This document shows, piece after piece, positions 61,440-64,000 of a DNA stretch of 64,000 bases (its first letter is position 1; each line of letters begins with the position of its first letter). Location: NCBI GenBank assembly GCA_964447175.1, contig CAYURP010000004.1, positions 58-64,057 on the forward strand. Direction: 5' to 3'. The DNA comes from an uncultured Ignavibacteria bacterium (lineage in GTDB: Bacteria; Zixibacteria; MSB-5A5; SM23-73-2). The position numbers and the translations under genes are program-made. The notes below the pieces were generated by a model. That model worked only from the letters and a program-made list of their open reading frames with translations. It was not told where the DNA came from and did no database searches.

Positions 61440-62519
61440 ATGGTTACCCTAAGAGAGCTTTTAGAGTTGATGACCAAAAGGAATGCCTCGGATTTGCATT
61501 TAACTGTGGGATCACCACCCCAGTTAAGGATAGATGGTAAACTGGTCAAAACCGAGTACGATCCCTTGACTCCGGAGGATACCAGGAAATTAGCTTATAG
61601 CATTATGACAGAGAAGCAGAGGAAAAGATTTGAGGAGGAATCGGAACTGGATTTATCCTTCGGGATAGAGCAGATGAGCCGCTTCAGATGTAACGTTTTT
61701 ATGCAGAGAGGGAATGTGGCCGTAGCATTGAGACTTATCCCCTTCAGGATCAGAAGTTTTGAAGAGCTGGGAATACCTAAGGTGGTGGTGGATTTTGCCA
61801 AACTCCCCCGGGGCCTGGTGTTAGTCACTGGTCCTACGGGAAGCGGAAAATCGACTACCTTAGCCTCAATCATAAACAAGATCAATCTGGAACGCCACGA
61901 ACATATCCTGACCGTGGAGGATCCTATTGAATATCTTCATAGACATAACTGTGCCCTGATAAACCAGAGGGAGGTTTACTCGGATACCGCTTCCTTTGCC
62001 AGTGCCTTAAAATATGCTTTAAGGGAGGATCCGGATGTAGTTCTCATTGGCGAGATGAGGGATCTGGAAACAACCGATGCCGCTTTAACCATTTCGGAGA
62101 CCGGGCATCTGGTATTTGCTACCCTGCATACCAACTCCTGTGCCGAGTCGATCAACCGAATAATTGACATCTTCCCCTCCAATCAGCAGGAGCAGGTGCG
62201 GGTAGTGCTCTCTTTTGTGCTGCAGGCTGTAGTGACCCAGCAGCTGATTCCTAAAATTGGTGGGGGAAGGGTTTTGGGTTTAGAGATAATGGTCTGTACT
62301 CCAGCCATACGTGCTCTGATCCGGGATGACAAAATACATCAGATCTACAGCATGATTCAGGCCGGACAAAAGTATGGGATGAAAACCATGAACCAGTCAT
62401 TATCTGAGCTTTATTTAAATAAGAAAATTACAATGAGCGATGCCTTGGGCCGAAGCTCTAATATTCAAGAACTTAATGAGATGATTTCCAGGAAACATAA
62501 GACTTTTGCATCGGTATAG
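61440..62519 (+). CDS. pilT: Twitching motility retraction ATPase PilT.
   Basis: 'ASDLHLTVGSPPQLRIDGKL' is present. The Walker A is 'GPTGSGKSTTLASI'. The 'VLIGEMRDLET' motif and the ~360-aa length are PilT-like. Confidence 0.9.
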   Translation: MVTLRELLELMTKRNASDLHLTVGSPPQLRIDGKLVKTEYDPLTPEDTRKLAYSIMTEKQRKRFEEESELDLSFGIEQMSRFRCNVFMQRGNVAVALRLIPFRIRSFEELGIPKVVVDFAKLPRGLVLVTGPTGSGKSTTLASIINKINLERHEHILTVEDPIEYLHRHNCALINQREVYSDTASFASALKYALREDPDVVLIGEMRDLETTDAALTISETGHLVFATLHTNSCAESINRIIDIFPSNQQEQVRVVLSFVLQAVVTQQLIPKIGGGRVLGLEIMVCTPAIRALIRDDKIHQIYSMIQAGQKYGMKTMNQSLSELYLNKKITMSDALGRSSNIQELNEMISRKHKTFASV

Positions 62520-62550
62520 AATAATAAAAGAAAATCCTTGGAGGTGAAAT

Positions 62551-63750
62551 TTGCCAGTATTTGAATATAAGGGTAAGACATTAACTGGCTCAGCTGTTGC
62601 CGGGGAGTTGAAAGCCAGGAACAAAGTAGAACTTCAGAGGATCCTGCGGAACAATAAGATTCTGGTTACCTCCGTCACTCGAAAGGCCTCCCAGATCACC
62701 ATAAGGTTGAGAAGAAGGATAAAGAAGATTCACATTTCCAGATTCACCCGACAATTTTCTACCATGATTGGTGCGGGATTGCCCATGGTTCAGTGCCTGG
62801 AGATATTAGCCCAGCAATCGGAATCACCAGAACTGAGGGAGGTAATCGATAAGGTCAAGGAAAGCGTGCAATCCGGAAGCACCTTGGCAGATGGTTTGTC
62901 CCGACATAAAAAAGCATTTGACGATCTTTACGTGAGCATGGTGGATGCCGGAGAAATTGGGGGTGCTTTAGATCAGATACTTCTCCGATTAGCCACTTAC
63001 CGGGAAAAGGCGGATGCTTTATCCAGAAAAGTCAGGGGCGCTTTAGTCTATCCATCGGTAATAGTGGTGGTGGCCACTGGTGTGACTTTTATTATGTTGA
63101 CTTATATTGTTCCGGTCTTTGCCAAGATGTTTGAGGGCCTGGGAGCGGAGCTTCCTATGCCCACCCAGATGGTCTTGAAATTAAGCGGTTTCCTGAGAGG
63201 CAACATACTGGTTGGGATTGTCCTTTTGATACTCCTTTTGATTTTCTACCGCTGGTATTCCAAGACGGACAAAGGAAGGCTTTTGATTGACAGAGTGAAA
63301 TTAAAAGCACCTCTTCTGGGTAGTCTTTTGAGGAAAACGGCTATCTCCAGGTTTACCCGAACCCTGGGAACCCTGATCTCATCCGGTGTTTCCATTCTGG
63401 ATGCACTGGAGATTACTGCTAAGACCGCCGGGAACCGGGTGATTCAGGACGCTATTAAAAGAAGCGTGGTTTCAATTGCCGAGGGTGAAACCATAACTCA
63501 TCCCTTAAAGGAGACGGGAGTTTTCCCTCCCATGGTTACCCAGATGATCTCGGTGGGAGAGAAAACCGGAGGTTTAGACGATATGCTCCAGAAGATTGCC
63601 GACTTTTACGATGAAGAGGTGGATGCTGCTGTTGCAGCTTTGACCTCGATTATCGAACCGGTGATCATAGTACTTATGGGACTGGTAATCGGTGGAATCC
63701 TGATTGCCATGTATCTGCCCATGTTCGACATCATCGGAAAGATCAGCTAA
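62551..63750 (+). CDS. pilC: Type IV pilus inner-membrane platform protein PilC (GspF family).
   Basis: It has two GspF repeats (FTRQFSTMIGAGLPMVQCLEIL and FTRTLGTLISSGVSILDALEI). It has a TTG start. Confidence 0.9.
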   Translation: MPVFEYKGKTLTGSAVAGELKARNKVELQRILRNNKILVTSVTRKASQITIRLRRRIKKIHISRFTRQFSTMIGAGLPMVQCLEILAQQSESPELREVIDKVKESVQSGSTLADGLSRHKKAFDDLYVSMVDAGEIGGALDQILLRLATYREKADALSRKVRGALVYPSVIVVVATGVTFIMLTYIVPVFAKMFEGLGAELPMPTQMVLKLSGFLRGNILVGIVLLILLLIFYRWYSKTDKGRLLIDRVKLKAPLLGSLLRKTAISRFTRTLGTLISSGVSILDALEITAKTAGNRVIQDAIKRSVVSIAEGETITHPLKETGVFPPMVTQMISVGEKTGGLDDMLQKIADFYDEEVDAAVAALTSIIEPVIIVLMGLVIGGILIAMYLPMFDIIGKIS

Positions 63751-63825
63751 GTTTTTATCTGAAGCAGGAGGCAAAGTAATATTTCTTTACTTTAAGAATG
63801 AAAATTAGATAAACTCTTTATAAAG

Positions 63826-63866
63826 AAAACACCATCGCTTTTTAAGCGATGGTGTTTGGTGTTTTA
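63826..63866 (+). terminator. Rho-independent terminator after pilC.
   Basis: It has a perfect 11-bp stem AACACCATCGC/GCGATGGTGTT with loop ttttttaa, followed by tggtgtttt. Confidence 0.7.
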
Positions 63867-63877
63867 GAAAGAAAAAA

Positions 63878-64000
63878 TGTCAGGATCAATCCAGAAGACC
63901 GGCTACGCACTTCACTGGCTTTTAACTCTGAGACTGATCATATATGTTCTATTGCTTGGTATTGTGGTCTTTTTTTTGAAATCGCCTGGATTTCTGGTAA
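63878..64000 (+). CDS. 3'-truncated ORF encoding a hydrophobic N-terminus (MSGSIQKTGYALHWLLTLRLIIYVLLLGIVVFFLK...). It may be a membrane or prepilin-like protein.
   Basis: The open frame runs from the ATG at 63878 to the window end. It is too short to classify. Confidence 0.25.

Noticed and set aside
63574-63774. A 66-aa antisense ORF at the pilC 3' end.
   Set aside because: It is fully embedded antisense within the well-supported pilC gene.

Overview
This is a 64-kb chromosomal window from a low-GC (~40%) Gram-negative bacterium. It is probably an uncultivated FCB-group-like lineage: it carries the T9SS C-terminal sorting tail 'NYPNPFNPTTIIRF', a GH57 glucanotransferase, and a topA-xerC-hslVU gene order. 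Gene content by region: (1) 0-9.4 kb is an accessory surface-protein region. It has a 5'-truncated giant cadherin-like repeat adhesin and a BNR-repeat protein, both ending in tandem type-I dockerin modules, plus a T9SS-tail protein. (2) 9.6-23.7 kb is a long minus-strand housekeeping block (GH57, MlaD-like, hprK, hpf, a third dockerin protein, rpoN, lptB, lptC/A-like, lpxL-like, kdsD, kdsC, kdsA, pyrG, kdsB). (3) 23.9-36.8 kb holds ybjQ, lepB, a GDP-sugar cluster (gmd, rmd-like, sugar dehydrogenase, outer-membrane barrel), ispE, spoVG, tRNA-Gln, yicC, gmk and rpoZ. (4) 36.8-43.7 kb holds topA, xerC, hslV, hslU, argF and a thioesterase. (5) 44.5-49.9 kb holds a fourth dockerin protein, a ferredoxin plus geranylgeranyl reductase, rpsT and murJ. 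(6) 49.9-51.7 kb is a repeat-bracketed segment with a hypothetical gene and mscL. (7) 52-63.8 kb holds comEC, then a polarity/motility module (DUF4388 protein, three extra roadblock/LC7 proteins, mglA with a C-terminal extension, mglB) directly upstream of pilB-pilT-pilC. Two families of short palindromic interspersed repeats sharing an AGGTC/GACCT core lie in intergenic regions. A conserved TTGACAAATT-N16-TTAT motif precedes three of the secreted-protein genes. The most noteworthy observations are the dockerin-tagged surface-protein set with no cohesin partner in view, the expanded MglA/roadblock module joined to type IV pilus genes, and the novel repeat families.
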